Virus record (IMG/VR): IMGVR_UViG_3300011339_000777
Coordinates: 1-36,194 of that record
Direction: 5' to 3' (one strand)
DNA: 36,194 nucleotides
Origin: a virus
Taxonomy: Duplodnaviria > Caudoviricetes
Shown: one piece after another, positions 7,903 through 17,793 of the stretch
Layout of the letters: every line of letters begins with the position of its first letter
How positions within the stretch are numbered: position 1 is the stretch's first letter
Program-made: the position numbers and the translations under genes
Notes under the pieces: model-generated
Seen by the model: the letters and a program-made list of their open reading frames with translations, nothing else
The model's database searches: none
What the model was told of the DNA's origin: nothing

Positions 7903-10083
7903 TCACCTCGTCGGATACTCATACGTCTGACCGTAGGCATCAGTCAAAAACGCATTCGGGTTATCTTCGCGGGCTTGCGCCAACGTATTGGCTACCGTGC
8001 CCGTTGCAGTCAAACCGGGCTTAGACGGACGCGGCAGTTCTCTTGCGCCAGCGGCAGCCGCGCGCGCAATTTTTGCCGCGCCTTTGACCGGCGCAGGCGC
8101 CGCAGGCATACCCGGCATCTGACGAACGGGCACTGGCTGTAGCTTCGTCTGCATCTCTTTAAGCGCTTTGGCCGCCAGCTTGGGGTCCAACGCTTCAAGC
8201 GACATTTCAGCGATTGCCTTGTCGCTCAATTTAGCTCCGACCAACCGCTTGACCATGTTGAACAGGGTCATAAAACGATTGAGCCAACTTCCGGTGTTAG
8301 GCGTAGCAAACACATCCCTAACGACGCCAGACGCGCGTTCGCGGCCAAACTTTTCCAAATCCTGCGTAAGATTTTTGTTAAGGCGCTCGGCGTCAATTGC
8401 TTTGATGGCGTTAATGTCGTTTTGATTAAGCACGTCCTTAAACTTTTTAGCCGTCGATGACCAATTCAACGCTTTTGCAATTGTGTCCTGTTCATCCTCA
8501 AGCGCCTTGGCAAAAGTGTTGAAATCCAAATCGGTCGTACCGCGCTTGGTTGTAGGCGACATCGCGTCAAAAATAAACGCCGCCGCGTCAGCCCGGTTAA
8601 TTGGCCGGCTGTACATTTCAAACAAGTCTTTTGCGGCACGGCGCTCTGAAGATTTATTCTGATACCAACCTTCTAGTTCGTCAATTGTATCTTTTAGGAT
8701 ACGATTAGACGACACGTCGGCCATCGGCATGGCGCGCCGCGTATTATAATCCGCCTTTAATTCTTCGATTACATCGGACAAAAATTTACCGCTGTATTCA
8801 GCCGTAGAGCCAGGGATGTTGACGTCTCGGTAGATAGGGCGAAAGTTTTCGTCAACGCCAGCTTCTTCTCGTTTAGTCGTGGCGGGTTTGGTTTCGCCGA
8901 CTACGGCCGGGCGTTGTTCGCTGCGGGCTTTCTTAGCGGCCTGCGCAGCAGCGGTCGCCACTTCAGGGCGGCCAAACAACTCTTGCAACGCCGCGTCTTC
9001 TTTGATGAACGACGCGTCGGCGGCTTCGTAAAAAGGACCCGCCATAGCCGCGCGCTTATCGACTGCTGCCTGGCGCTGCGCTGGCGTGCCTTTGATGTTG
9101 GCAATCGGTGCTTCGATGGCGCGCTTGGTCTTTGTTGCTTGTTTAGCCGACGCCGCGCCGCCCCGTTCCGCCAGGCGTTGCTGCATCGCAACGTATTCTG
9201 CCGCGCCTGTGGGCGCAACGGCTTCGGCAGCCGTGCGCGGAAACACGCTCGGTTTTTCCAACGCAGAAATAAGAGCGTTTACGTTTTGACCTTCGGTGAT
9301 GTCCGCCAAAGCCCGCGCTTTTGGCCCGGCCAACACACGGCGTCCTGTCGTCTCCAGTTGCTGCACGACTTTCGGCAACAAATTCGTGGCGGTCTGTACC
9401 GCCGCGCCGGTCTGCGCAGGCACCATGCGATTGATCTGTTGGCCCGCTGCGCTGACGCCTTTACCCGCAAGCGTAATCGGGTCAATGGCATTTGCGACCG
9501 CGCCGACTTTTCCGCCAACGCTTGCCAAACCCGCAGCGCGCGCCGCACCGCCAACACCCGTTACGACAGTGGCAAGATCACCCAGAAAACCTACCGGGTC
9601 TTCGCGCAACGTGCGGCGGATTTTTTCTGCGCTACCCCAGCGGTCGGCAATGACGCCGCCAAACGCCGCAGCCTTTTCCGACGCCGCTGCGGCGGCTGCC
9701 GGATCGCTCAAGCTGTCAAGAAAATTAACGCTACCTTGCGGCAGCGCTCCGTTGCGCTCCGCCATTATAGCAGCGTTACGGATGCCGCCCGCGCCAATGT
9801 CAGCCATTGACGTGATGGTTTCAATCGGGTTGGTAACGGCTTCGTAGATGCCGCCGGCTAGATTGGCAGCGCTGCTAGGAATGTTGGATACTGTGGTCGG
9901 CAAATCGGTAACAACACCGGCAGCCGTTTCTGCGTATGATGGCTCTTGCAAACCAATTTTTGAGGTAAAATCCTCAAATGGCATGTCAGAGTAAAATTTG
10001 GCGTGAAACTTTTCCGCCAGTTCACCGTCCGTCAAGTCATTATACTGCGGGTATTTAGCCCGAATATCGTTAATGCTTGCCAT
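7903..10083 (-). CDS. Large DNA ejection protein (P22 gp16 position)
   Basis: 726 aa, Ala-rich helical; last of three such genes after the GNAT gene. Confidence 0.7.
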   Translation of the reverse strand: MASINDIRAKYPQYNDLTDGELAEKFHAKFYSDMPFEDFTSKIGLQEPSYAETAAGVVTDLPTTVSNIPSSAANLAGGIYEAVTNPIETITSMADIGAGGIRNAAIMAERNGALPQGSVNFLDSLSDPAAAAAASEKAAAFGGVIADRWGSAEKIRRTLREDPVGFLGDLATVVTGVGGAARAAGLASVGGKVGAVANAIDPITLAGKGVSAAGQQINRMVPAQTGAAVQTATNLLPKVVQQLETTGRRVLAGPKARALADITEGQNVNALISALEKPSVFPRTAAEAVAPTGAAEYVAMQQRLAERGGAASAKQATKTKRAIEAPIANIKGTPAQRQAAVDKRAAMAGPFYEAADASFIKEDAALQELFGRPEVATAAAQAAKKARSEQRPAVVGETKPATTKREEAGVDENFRPIYRDVNIPGSTAEYSGKFLSDVIEELKADYNTRRAMPMADVSSNRILKDTIDELEGWYQNKSSERRAAKDLFEMYSRPINRADAAAFIFDAMSPTTKRGTTDLDFNTFAKALEDEQDTIAKALNWSSTAKKFKDVLNQNDINAIKAIDAERLNKNLTQDLEKFGRERASGVVRDVFATPNTGSWLNRFMTLFNMVKRLVGAKLSDKAIAEMSLEALDPKLAAKALKEMQTKLQPVPVRQMPGMPAAPAPVKGAAKIARAAAAGARELPRPSKPGLTATGTVANTLAQAREDNPNAFLTDAYGQTYEYPTR

Positions 10084-10084
10084 G

Positions 10085-11293
10085 TTACCGAATACCTAGC
10101 GGGTCATTTTTTTTATCTGCCGGCGCGTTTTGTTCAGGCGCAGACGCGCCTTCAAGCGGGGCGTAAAACTGCGTGTCGCCCCATTCGTTTTCATACGCGT
10201 CTCGGACTTGCGCTTCCAGACGCAGTATGTCGTTAGCGATGACATTCAATTGATCATCAAGAACATCCGCATCCATCGTATCAAGATCAAGGTTGGCAAT
10301 GGCGTCAGACACAAGTTTCCATTCTTGCACGGCCATATTACCAAGTTTGCCCTGAAGCGATGCTGCCGCGCGGCCTAATGTAGCCACAGACCCCTTAAGA
10401 TTTTTATACTTAGTCTGGAAATCGTACGCCCCCGTTAACCCGGCCACGCCCGGTATATTAGGCAGGTTTGACATGACTACGCCCGTACCCATTGTTTTTT
10501 GGTACCCGGTCGTGTTCTTAATATCAGACACGGCGCCCTTAACTTTTTCTAATTCGCGCAATGCGTTCTTGGCCGCGCCGTAATCTGTAGCCTGTACAGA
10601 TTTCTGCTTGTTGTATGTCTGTGATCCAGGGACAGCCTCGACGCGCTGTTTTTCTGGGTTCCACCGCTCGCCTTTTTGCAACTGTACAGGGGCGGCTTCA
10701 CCCGAAGCAATACGCGCTTCTTTTTCTCGCTCAGCGGCAAACTTTTCGCGGTCAAACTCTAGCCGCGCAGCAGCGTCAGGTGAGACACCCCCGCCAGCCG
10801 CTTCGGCTTCCGCCTTCTGTATGTCCAGCGCCAGACGACGTTCAGCCAGCGACTGTGAACCTGCGGCAGTCTCGGCCTGAAGCCGCATGTTGGCGGTGGG
10901 CTCAAGCTGGCCGAGAATGTACCGGCCCTCGTCGTCCTTTGCCAGTTCGGCGCGCAAGATAGCCATGCGCTGGCGGGTATCGCCTACACCCTTCAGACGC
11001 TGCAAGAACGGCGTGAACGCTTGTGAGACTTCCGGGGGCAACATGGACGCCGCAGCGTCCAGACCATCGTCAGACGGGTCTGAAAATGCCGACGCCACCG
11101 CCGGCAGCATGGCCTCGGCGGCTTGCTGCGCGGCTTCCTTCTCTGCTTCCGCAGCCTGTTCTTGGCGCCCCGCCTCGATCTTGTAGATGTTCTCCGCGCC
11201 CTGGATACGCTGCTGCATGAGCGCGTTCACATCCGGCATGTTGTTGGACGCGTTCGCAAAGGCGTTACTGATAATGCTCGGATCAATCGGCAT
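10085..11293 (-). CDS. DNA ejection protein (P22 gp20 position)
   Basis: 402 aa helical protein between gp7-like and gp16-like genes. Confidence 0.65.
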   Translation of the reverse strand: MPIDPSIISNAFANASNNMPDVNALMQQRIQGAENIYKIEAGRQEQAAEAEKEAAQQAAEAMLPAVASAFSDPSDDGLDAAASMLPPEVSQAFTPFLQRLKGVGDTRQRMAILRAELAKDDEGRYILGQLEPTANMRLQAETAAGSQSLAERRLALDIQKAEAEAAGGGVSPDAAARLEFDREKFAAEREKEARIASGEAAPVQLQKGERWNPEKQRVEAVPGSQTYNKQKSVQATDYGAAKNALRELEKVKGAVSDIKNTTGYQKTMGTGVVMSNLPNIPGVAGLTGAYDFQTKYKNLKGSVATLGRAAASLQGKLGNMAVQEWKLVSDAIANLDLDTMDADVLDDQLNVIANDILRLEAQVRDAYENEWGDTQFYAPLEGASAPEQNAPADKKNDPLGIR

Positions 11294-11301
11294 GGTTCAC
11301 C

Positions 11302-12033
11302 TTACTTTGGTCCGCCAAAAGCTGCGGTGGTATATCGGGGAGAGTTCATCCCCGACGTGATGGAATTCAAATAGTTCATATACGGCTGGCTGGCGTAGTA
11401 ATCGCCGACACCCTGACCGATTGAACCGAACGCATTGCCGATGGCACCCGCAGCGCCTGCCGCCTGCGCCGCGTTGACGTTGCCGCGTTGCGCGGCAATT
11501 TCGGCCAGAGCGGCGCCGGACGACCCGACGTTAGCGGCCTGCCCGACAGCCGCTGCCTGACCTTGACTTGACAGGTAACGGTACGGGTCCAGACGCGCCT
11601 CGCGCTGGCTAAGATAGCGGCTAAAAGCGTTCTCGTATTCGGAACTAGCCAAGTTCTGGCCGTACTGCTGGATGCCCTTGAGCGTGCCGCCCGACTGAAG
11701 CAGACCGCGCGCGGAAGCAGAGCGTTCCAAAGCTTTCATGCCCTCGGCCATGCGGAAGTTGTATCCCGGATCAGCCTCGAACTGCTTCATGCCGAAGTCT
11801 TCGTAGGGGGCCATCTTCTGGTACTCTGCCAGCGCGTTCTTGCCCGCCTCGACGTAGGGCTTGGTAAGCGCCAACTGTTGCGCCAGGGCTTCCCTCTGCA
11901 ACTTGGCGGCCTTCTTAGTGGCTTTCTTCTGTGCGTCGGCCGCCTTGTTACCACCAAAAATGCCTGCGGCCGCGCTGCCAGCAGCGCCGATGACCGCCGA
12001 GCCAATGATTGCGGTTGCGGTTCCTATTGCCAT
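11302..12033 (-). CDS. DNA transfer protein, P22 gp7-like
   Basis: Gly/Ala-rich N-terminus; DPGYNFR...ERSASARGLLQSG motif. Confidence 0.8.
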   Translation of the reverse strand: MAIGTATAIIGSAVIGAAGSAAAGIFGGNKAADAQKKATKKAAKLQREALAQQLALTKPYVEAGKNALAEYQKMAPYEDFGMKQFEADPGYNFRMAEGMKALERSASARGLLQSGGTLKGIQQYGQNLASSEYENAFSRYLSQREARLDPYRYLSSQGQAAAVGQAANVGSSGAALAEIAAQRGNVNAAQAAGAAGAIGNAFGSIGQGVGDYYASQPYMNYLNSITSGMNSPRYTTAAFGGPK

Positions 12034-12494
12034 GATTGTGACCCTTTCACGTAGGTGTGCTCCAGCGGTTTAAATCCGGCCCGCCGGTAGAATTTGTCTG
12101 TCTTGCTCACGCGATTGTCGTCCAAAGCAATCATGAATACAGCTGCGGCACCCATGTCCTTAGCCCAATTCTGCACGCTTTGGAATAGGCTTTTGCCCGC
12201 GCCGCAGCCTCGCGCCGCAGGGTCCAGCCACCAGAATAGTTCCTGAACCACGTTGTGCGCCGGGCTGAAATACAGCGGGTACAGCAGCGCGCCCGCAATG
12301 CCGACAGGCTGCCCATCGCGCAACGCCAGCCACACGCCGCTGTGGTCGTTCTGAAACATCGCGCGCAGCGTCGCCGCCATGCCGGCCTTGTCAAAAGGTG
12401 CAATCTTAGCGATAGGCGACGCGGCGTGAAAGCGTTCCGTCATGTCAAGGCATGGCGGCAAGTCTTCCACTTGAGCGCGGCGTACCTCAATCAC
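12024..12494 (-). CDS. GNAT acetyltransferase (P22 gp14 position)
   Basis: WWLDPAARGCGAGKSL and KFYRRAGF acetyl-CoA binding motifs. Confidence 0.88.
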   Translation of the reverse strand: MIEVRRAQVEDLPPCLDMTERFHAASPIAKIAPFDKAGMAATLRAMFQNDHSGVWLALRDGQPVGIAGALLYPLYFSPAHNVVQELFWWLDPAARGCGAGKSLFQSVQNWAKDMGAAAVFMIALDDNRVSKTDKFYRRAGFKPLEHTYVKGSQSWQ

Positions 12495-12829
12495 TACGTC
12501 ACCTCACGGCCGGACACGCGGATGTTGATGGCCGACGCGGTCCCGGCAAGGGTCGAGATGAACCCGCCGGGGCGCAGCACATGCCCGACCAGTTCGGGGA
12601 AGGTGTACGTCTCGCTCGCCTGCAACGTTTTGGTCTTGACGATCAAATCGTTGTTACCCGCCGTGCCACCGCTTGTGACCAGGTTCACACTGATCGTCGC
12701 GGCGGTCGCGCTGTAGTTGGTGGCGGTGAACTTGTCGATGATCGCCGTGACGCCTGTCGCGGTGTACACCGTGGACTGCGAGTTGTTGGCGGTCTGCGCG
12801 GGAACAAGAACGGTTACAGTAACGGTCAC
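12494..12829 (-). CDS. Small beta-rich virion protein
   Basis: Thr/Val-rich 111 aa in the tail operon; GGAGG RBS. Confidence 0.7.
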   Translation of the reverse strand: MTVTVTVLVPAQTANNSQSTVYTATGVTAIIDKFTATNYSATAATISVNLVTSGGTAGNNDLIVKTKTLQASETYTFPELVGHVLRPGGFISTLAGTASAINIRVSGREVT

Positions 12830-12838
12830 GTTGACCTC

Positions 12839-13594
12839 CTACGAACTGATATTGTCGGTGACGGTGAGGATGATAGACGGAATGGCGGGATGGACAGCAG
12901 ATGCGGGGTCGGCTAACAGCGCCACGGCCAAGTCCGACACCTCCCACATAAGTTCAAAATAGTCGCCCGCGTTCATGTCGAGCAGGAAGTTCCACGCCGC
13001 AACCGTCTCGGCGTTGTTGCCTTGGAGACGCAACGTCGTGGCTGAGTTTGCCACGTCGGTGCCGTTTTTGCGCAACCAAACCCAGACGTTATGCGTGCCG
13101 CCCGCCGTGTTAACAAATTGCGCCGAGAACTGGATGTTGTAGACGTTGTGGGTATCGACATAGACGCGCGACGTGGGTGTACCGATGGTCACGCCCGCGC
13201 TGAGGTCAGTCGAGTTAAACGTCATGGCGTAGGCCGTGTTGATCACGGCAGCGGTCTGGTCCGTCGTGTCGTAGAACGACCCGTACCGCAGACGCGGCAG
13301 TTGCGGCGTGTCGGCCGGCCCCAAGGCCAGCGCCTGCACGTCGTTGGCGAGCGTAGCGTACTGCGACAGCAGGGCGGACGAACTCTCAGCGTTCAACGAC
13401 GCCTGTGCCAGCAGCCCCGTCAAGTCCACGTCCTGAGACGGCGGCCCTTTCTGAACGTCTTCCAAGGACACGACGCTGCCGCCCGTCTGGTTGAACAGGC
13501 TCAGGAAGAACAGATACCACTCGCGCGAGATCAACCCATTTCTAGGGTCCATCAGGGGGACGCGTGGTGGGGTGATGTTGGTGATGTTAGGCAT
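12839..13594 (-). CDS. Tail needle-like protein with C1q/TNF-like C-terminal knob
   Basis: Follows the gp10-like gene; short helical segment, then YNIQFSAQF...WLRKNG...GDYFELMW beta-sandwich pattern. Confidence 0.6.
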   Translation of the reverse strand: MPNITNITPPRVPLMDPRNGLISREWYLFFLSLFNQTGGSVVSLEDVQKGPPSQDVDLTGLLAQASLNAESSSALLSQYATLANDVQALALGPADTPQLPRLRYGSFYDTTDQTAAVINTAYAMTFNSTDLSAGVTIGTPTSRVYVDTHNVYNIQFSAQFVNTAGGTHNVWVWLRKNGTDVANSATTLRLQGNNAETVAAWNFLLDMNAGDYFELMWEVSDLAVALLADPASAVHPAIPSIILTVTDNISS

Positions 13595-15218
13595 TGGTGC
13601 CGCTGATCTGCAACTCGGCGCCCATGATGGCAATTTTGACCGGGTCGGTGCCGCTGACCTCGTAAACGCGGTCGCGCAGCTTGAGGGTCATGCCCAGCCG
13701 CCGCCAGATGGTGCGGTAGCCGTACTGGCCGATCTTGCCCATCGAGCGCCAGTGTTCGTTCGACCAAGTGTGACCGCCGTCATCTGACCAACGAAGCATA
13801 GCCTGCGGATCGTATCCCGGTGCGGCTGAATAAGCTGTGGTCGTTAAATACATAGGCGGAACAAACGGAATTGGGTAGTTTGGCACATCAACTAAGGTTT
13901 CAAATTCGTCGCCAGCTTCCGTGGTAAGCGGGTCGCCACTTTCCGTTACAATGTCGTTTTGCGTGTATTCGGCCAAAAGAAGATCGCCGTTCTCTGCGAT
14001 TAAATCTTCGGCGGCATAAGCGGGGTATTGTTCAAGTCCAACGCCCGTTTCACAATCAAGTTGGAGCGCGTGCTGGGCCGTGCGCGTGAGGTTGTTCTGG
14101 CCTGTCGGCAACGCCCGCCACGACCGCAACCAGCGTTGCACCTCGCCGTTATACGCATAGTTGTTCAAGTCAAGCGCGTAAAGATTGCCGTTCTCGTAAT
14201 CTCCAACGAGGTTTTCGTTGTTATAGAAAACCTGCGCCTGCGCGCGGTAACGCGTCCATTGATTGTTCCACCCGGCGCGTTCATGCCACGCGCCTGTCGA
14301 AGCGTCGTAGACCCATGTTTTGGCGGCCGTGGGGAACACCAGCACATAGAAAGAATGCCCGTCCTGCTGGTAAGTGAACCCAATAGCGTCCGTCATCGAG
14401 TCGTAAGACTGAATTTGCCATTCAACCGAATGCGTCGAAATGCGCTGGCCTTGATAACCATTGGCGACGTAGACAATACCCTGCCCTCGGTCGTCCTTGC
14501 CCAACCAGTAAACTTGATTGTTCATCTTGGCAACGCTGTAGCGGGCCGCGCAACCTAACTCGTTGAACGCACCTTGAATACGTACAAGCGGAAAATCCGA
14601 CAGCCCGGCGTTGTACCAGACTTCCGTCGAGTTCTTTCCAAACAGCCACACTTCGCGGTGGTCTACGATCATACTGACGACGTCGTCGGGATCACCCTCG
14701 GCGCTGACGAAGTCCAGCGGATCGACGCTGGTGCCGTCGAGGAGTGCCGTCACCCAAATGCGTTGACTGTTGGGCTCGATGAACACGAAGTAGCCGTCCA
14801 GATAGTCAACGACCGACGCGCCGGGGAAATCCGGGTCGGTAATCTGCGCAAACACGCCTGTCGAGGTATTGTAGATGTACCCCGCCGGGTCAGCGGCAAT
14901 CATGATCTGTGTGCCGTTGTCGGCCATAGTAACCGGGTTTGTGCCCGTGATTGTTCCCTTGGCCGTAACAATGTAAGACGACGACACCTGATAAAAAGTG
15001 CTGCCCGAAACTACATACATATACGAGTTATGTTGCCACAAACCGCGAATAGGCCCCGTGCCGACGGTGACACGAAGCGGCAGTCCTGGCGCGCGCTGGA
15101 GAAAAGCAGGCTGTTTGCCGCCTTCCGGCACCACTTCAGGAAACAAGTTCACCATGCGGCTATCCGCAGCGTTTACGCTGCGGGCCGTGTACGCTGAACC
15201 AAGGATCGGCGTCTGCAT
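13587..15218 (-). CDS. Tail hub / DNA stabilisation protein, P22 gp10-like
   Basis: VNLFPE, YLDGYF, STEVW, GHSFYVL, SDDGGHTWS, WRRLG. Confidence 0.88.
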   Translation of the reverse strand: MQTPILGSAYTARSVNAADSRMVNLFPEVVPEGGKQPAFLQRAPGLPLRVTVGTGPIRGLWQHNSYMYVVSGSTFYQVSSSYIVTAKGTITGTNPVTMADNGTQIMIAADPAGYIYNTSTGVFAQITDPDFPGASVVDYLDGYFVFIEPNSQRIWVTALLDGTSVDPLDFVSAEGDPDDVVSMIVDHREVWLFGKNSTEVWYNAGLSDFPLVRIQGAFNELGCAARYSVAKMNNQVYWLGKDDRGQGIVYVANGYQGQRISTHSVEWQIQSYDSMTDAIGFTYQQDGHSFYVLVFPTAAKTWVYDASTGAWHERAGWNNQWTRYRAQAQVFYNNENLVGDYENGNLYALDLNNYAYNGEVQRWLRSWRALPTGQNNLTRTAQHALQLDCETGVGLEQYPAYAAEDLIAENGDLLLAEYTQNDIVTESGDPLTTEAGDEFETLVDVPNYPIPFVPPMYLTTTAYSAAPGYDPQAMLRWSDDGGHTWSNEHWRSMGKIGQYGYRTIWRRLGMTLKLRDRVYEVSGTDPVKIAIMGAELQISGTNA

Positions 15219-15221
15219 CGG

Positions 15222-16010
15222 TTAAGCCAGTACCGCACCACGAAGCGAAATCGCCCACCAATCAGTACCCAAAAACTGAAGGATGCAAGCGTCTCCTATA
15301 TTGTTAAACGTAATCGTCGTGCCTGCGCCAAGATTAGTCGGCGTCAGTACGCCTGTGTCACCGCCTGCGGCTTCTGCAACGTAGACAATGGTCTTGGTCT
15401 GCCCCTCGACGCCGTCCGCTAGGGTCAAGGCGTTGCCTGCGGCAGTCGAAGTAAACTTAGTGACGGGCTGGGTAATGTTAATGGCGCCGGGGCCAGAAAG
15501 TGCCTGCGCCGCCCCGATCACAGGCCCGTTAAAAGTCTGATTGCCCGTAAACGTCTGCGCCGCGTCGGTCCGCGCAATGGACGCGTTGGTAGACGGGAAC
15601 GTCATCGTCGTGCTGTCTGTACCCGCCAGCGTGAGCGAATGGTTGGCCGTCAGCGTCTTGCCATCAGCAATTGTCAGCGTGGCGCTGGTAGCGGGCGCCG
15701 TGATAGCAACCTTGTTGACGGACGTAGCCGTTGCCACACCAAGCGTCGGCGTAACAAGCGTCGGGCTGTTTGACAAAACTACGTTACCAGTGCCCGTAGA
15801 CGCCGTAACTCCAGTGCCCCCGCGCGCTACGGTTAGAGTACCTGTCGTACCTGCGACAATCGGCAATCCCGTGGCACTGGCAAGCGACGTCGTGCTGAAC
15901 AAAAGCGCGTTGGTCAGTTTCTTGGTGATGCCCCCCTGCACAATCGGAATTTCATCCGCAACAGTGGTTGTGGTAGCGGCAGGAAGTTGAGAGATGGCGA
16001 CGGTGGACAT
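15222..16010 (-). CDS. Fibre protein with ISxLP N-terminal domain
   Basis: MSTVAISQLPAATT...PIVQ...TKK; Thr/Gly-rich shaft (RGGTG, SPTLVTPTLG). Confidence 0.7.
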   Translation of the reverse strand: MSTVAISQLPAATTTTVADEIPIVQGGITKKLTNALLFSTTSLASATGLPIVAGTTGTLTVARGGTGVTASTGTGNVVLSNSPTLVTPTLGVATATSVNKVAITAPATSATLTIADGKTLTANHSLTLAGTDSTTMTFPSTNASIARTDAAQTFTGNQTFNGPVIGAAQALSGPGAINITQPVTKFTSTAAGNALTLADGVEGQTKTIVYVAEAAGGDTGVLTPTNLGAGTTITFNNIGDACILQFLGTDWWAISLRGAVLA

Positions 16011-16018
16011 GATTTACC

Positions 16019-16729
16019 TCAGTAATTACCTGCAAAAATGTTGAACCTCTGGCGGGTCGCCACGATGCTGTAGGGCAGCGCCATGATGTCGTCCGGGTTG
16101 TTGATGCGCTTCAGATTGCGCTTGGAAGTCATGGCGATGCGCTGCACCTGGCGCGACGGTTCGACGCCAAATTCGGGGGCCAGTTCGCACGCCAGATTGT
16201 ACCGGAACGCGCGCAAGTAGCCGGGCGGGAACGCAAGGTCCGTTGCCAGATTGGCCGGCGCGCTTAGTTCCTGCACTGAGACGATGTGGAACTCCAGCAC
16301 CTTGGTCGGCACCGGATACACGTACATTTCGATGTTCGGGTAGGTCATGTTGACCCACAGCACCTGCGGATAGGTGCTGGTGACGGTCTTGACCGCGATA
16401 CCGTTGTATTGCTGCTGGTTGATCAGCTTGATGCCGAAAGAAATGCCGCTTGCCGGGTCACGGAAGTAGGTGGCGTCGTCCACCAGCACCGGGCGCAGGG
16501 CGACGATGTCGCCTGTTGGCCCCATCGTGCGCGACCGCTGACCTGGCGGCCACGTAACAACCTGATCTTGCGTGGAAAACACCGCCAGTCGTTCAGTATT
16601 CCAACTGTCGATCATCTGGTTCATGGCGGTCAGCGCGTCTTGCGCAGTTTCGGAGGACGGCGTTTCGCCTTCCGCCAGAACACCGATGAGCCGCAGGGAA
16701 CCGTAAATGATGTCGGCAGTCGTGGTCAT
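16019..16729 (-). CDS. Head-tail adaptor, P22 gp4-like
   Basis: IIYGSLRLIGV, MNQMIDSW, YNLACELAPEFG. Confidence 0.8.
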   Translation of the reverse strand: MTTTADIIYGSLRLIGVLAEGETPSSETAQDALTAMNQMIDSWNTERLAVFSTQDQVVTWPPGQRSRTMGPTGDIVALRPVLVDDATYFRDPASGISFGIKLINQQQYNGIAVKTVTSTYPQVLWVNMTYPNIEMYVYPVPTKVLEFHIVSVQELSAPANLATDLAFPPGYLRAFRYNLACELAPEFGVEPSRQVQRIAMTSKRNLKRINNPDDIMALPYSIVATRQRFNIFAGNY

Positions 16730-16731
16730 GC

Positions 16732-16962
16732 TCAGTCACCCTTGTCCGCGCGAGGACGGCCGCGACGGCGCGGCGCTTCAGCCATCACGTTAGCCTCAAC
16801 CTCGGCGTCTGGCAAGATGGCGTCGGGTTCTACGGCATCGTCATCTTGGAGGTCCTCCAGTTCAAACCGGCGCCAGCCGTGCGTCTCGTCGTGCTGCGCT
16901 TCGGCTTCCATCGTCGCAACCTTAACGCCGTGCTTGGGGTGCATAAGATAGATTGTGGTCAT
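16732..16962 (-). CDS. Hypothetical protein with C-terminal AT-hook-like RRRGRPR
   Basis: AGGA RBS; acidic linker and basic tail. Confidence 0.75.
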   Translation of the reverse strand: MTTIYLMHPKHGVKVATMEAEAQHDETHGWRRFELEDLQDDDAVEPDAILPDAEVEANVMAEAPRRRGRPRADKGD

Positions 16963-16979
16963 GGTTTTCCTATGTGAAG

Positions 16980-17003
16980 ACGGGCGGCCCGAAGACCGCC
17001 CGT
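16980..17003 (-). terminator. UUCG-capped hairpin after the head genes (terminator or RNA stabiliser)
   Basis: Minus strand ACGGGCGGTC-TTCG-GGCCGCCCGT with a weak U tail. Confidence 0.6.
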
Positions 17004-17007
17004 GAGG

Positions 17008-17301
17008 TTACGCGATGAGGCTCAGCGCCTGAAGCCGGCTTTCAAGCTGCGCAACGCGGGCCTGAAGGTTGGCGATGACCGCGAGGACGGAGTTGCCTTC
17101 GTCCTTGGTAACAAAGCCAAACGGCGTGGTGGAGGTCAAGTCCTGAATGGCGTAATCCGGCGTGCCGGGTGCCGTGGACGTGATGGTCGTCAACTGCGTC
17201 GTCAGGGCTGCGCCCTTGGCAGTGTAGACCGGGTTTTCGATGGTGGGGCCATTGAGGTACGGGTCCTCGTAGGCAACACCAACAGGCTTCGTATTGGGCA
17301 T
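17008..17301 (-). CDS. Putative head fibre / decoration protein
   Basis: Follows coat and decoration genes; C-terminal heptad helix LQARVAQLESRLQALSLIA. Confidence 0.65.
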   Translation of the reverse strand: MPNTKPVGVAYEDPYLNGPTIENPVYTAKGAALTTQLTTITSTAPGTPDYAIQDLTSTTPFGFVTKDEGNSVLAVIANLQARVAQLESRLQALSLIA

Positions 17302-17323
17302 GTTGTTCTCCTTGATGAGTTAA

Positions 17324-17343
17324 GCCCCCGCCGAAGCGGGGGC
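17324..17343 (-). terminator. C(UUCG)G hairpin after the decoration gene
   Basis: GCCCCCGC-TTCG-GCGGGGGC. Confidence 0.6.
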
Positions 17344-17350
17344 CTGTTGC

Positions 17351-17767
17351 TTACGAGATGGCGTACAACGCCCAAGTACCGTCGCCGGTGTCGCGAGCGC
17401 GGAAGCTGCGCACCGTGCCGGCCGTGGCAGCGACGGTCATCAGACCCTGCGAACCGCTCGAACCAATCGTCCAGCCGGTGTTGGTCGTCATGGTGATGAC
17501 GCCAGAGCCGGTGACATTGATAACGCGGAAGTCGAAGGTCGTACCGACCTTTGCGTTGGTCAACAGCGCATCAAGGTCCGAGGCCAGCGGCAGCGTGTAC
17601 GCTGCCGTGGTCGTCGGAGAGCCGAGGATGATGCCGTTGGTCAACTGAGCAGCAGTCAGCGTCGCGCTGTCTACGGCAGTTGTGGGGGCCGCAGCAACGG
17701 TAAGCTTAACTTCGTTAAGGTTGCCGTCGTTGAACTGATAGCCGCCGCCTACAGTAGGAATAGCCAT
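17351..17767 (-). CDS. Putative capsid decoration/cement protein
   Basis: Thr/Gly/Ala-rich beta protein directly after the coat gene; AGGAG RBS. Confidence 0.7.
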   Translation of the reverse strand: MAIPTVGGGYQFNDGNLNEVKLTVAAAPTTAVDSATLTAAQLTNGIILGSPTTTAAYTLPLASDLDALLTNAKVGTTFDFRVINVTGSGVITMTTNTGWTIGSSGSQGLMTVAATAGTVRSFRARDTGDGTWALYAIS

Positions 17768-17793
17768 TGTCGTATTCTCCTATCTTTAATTTG

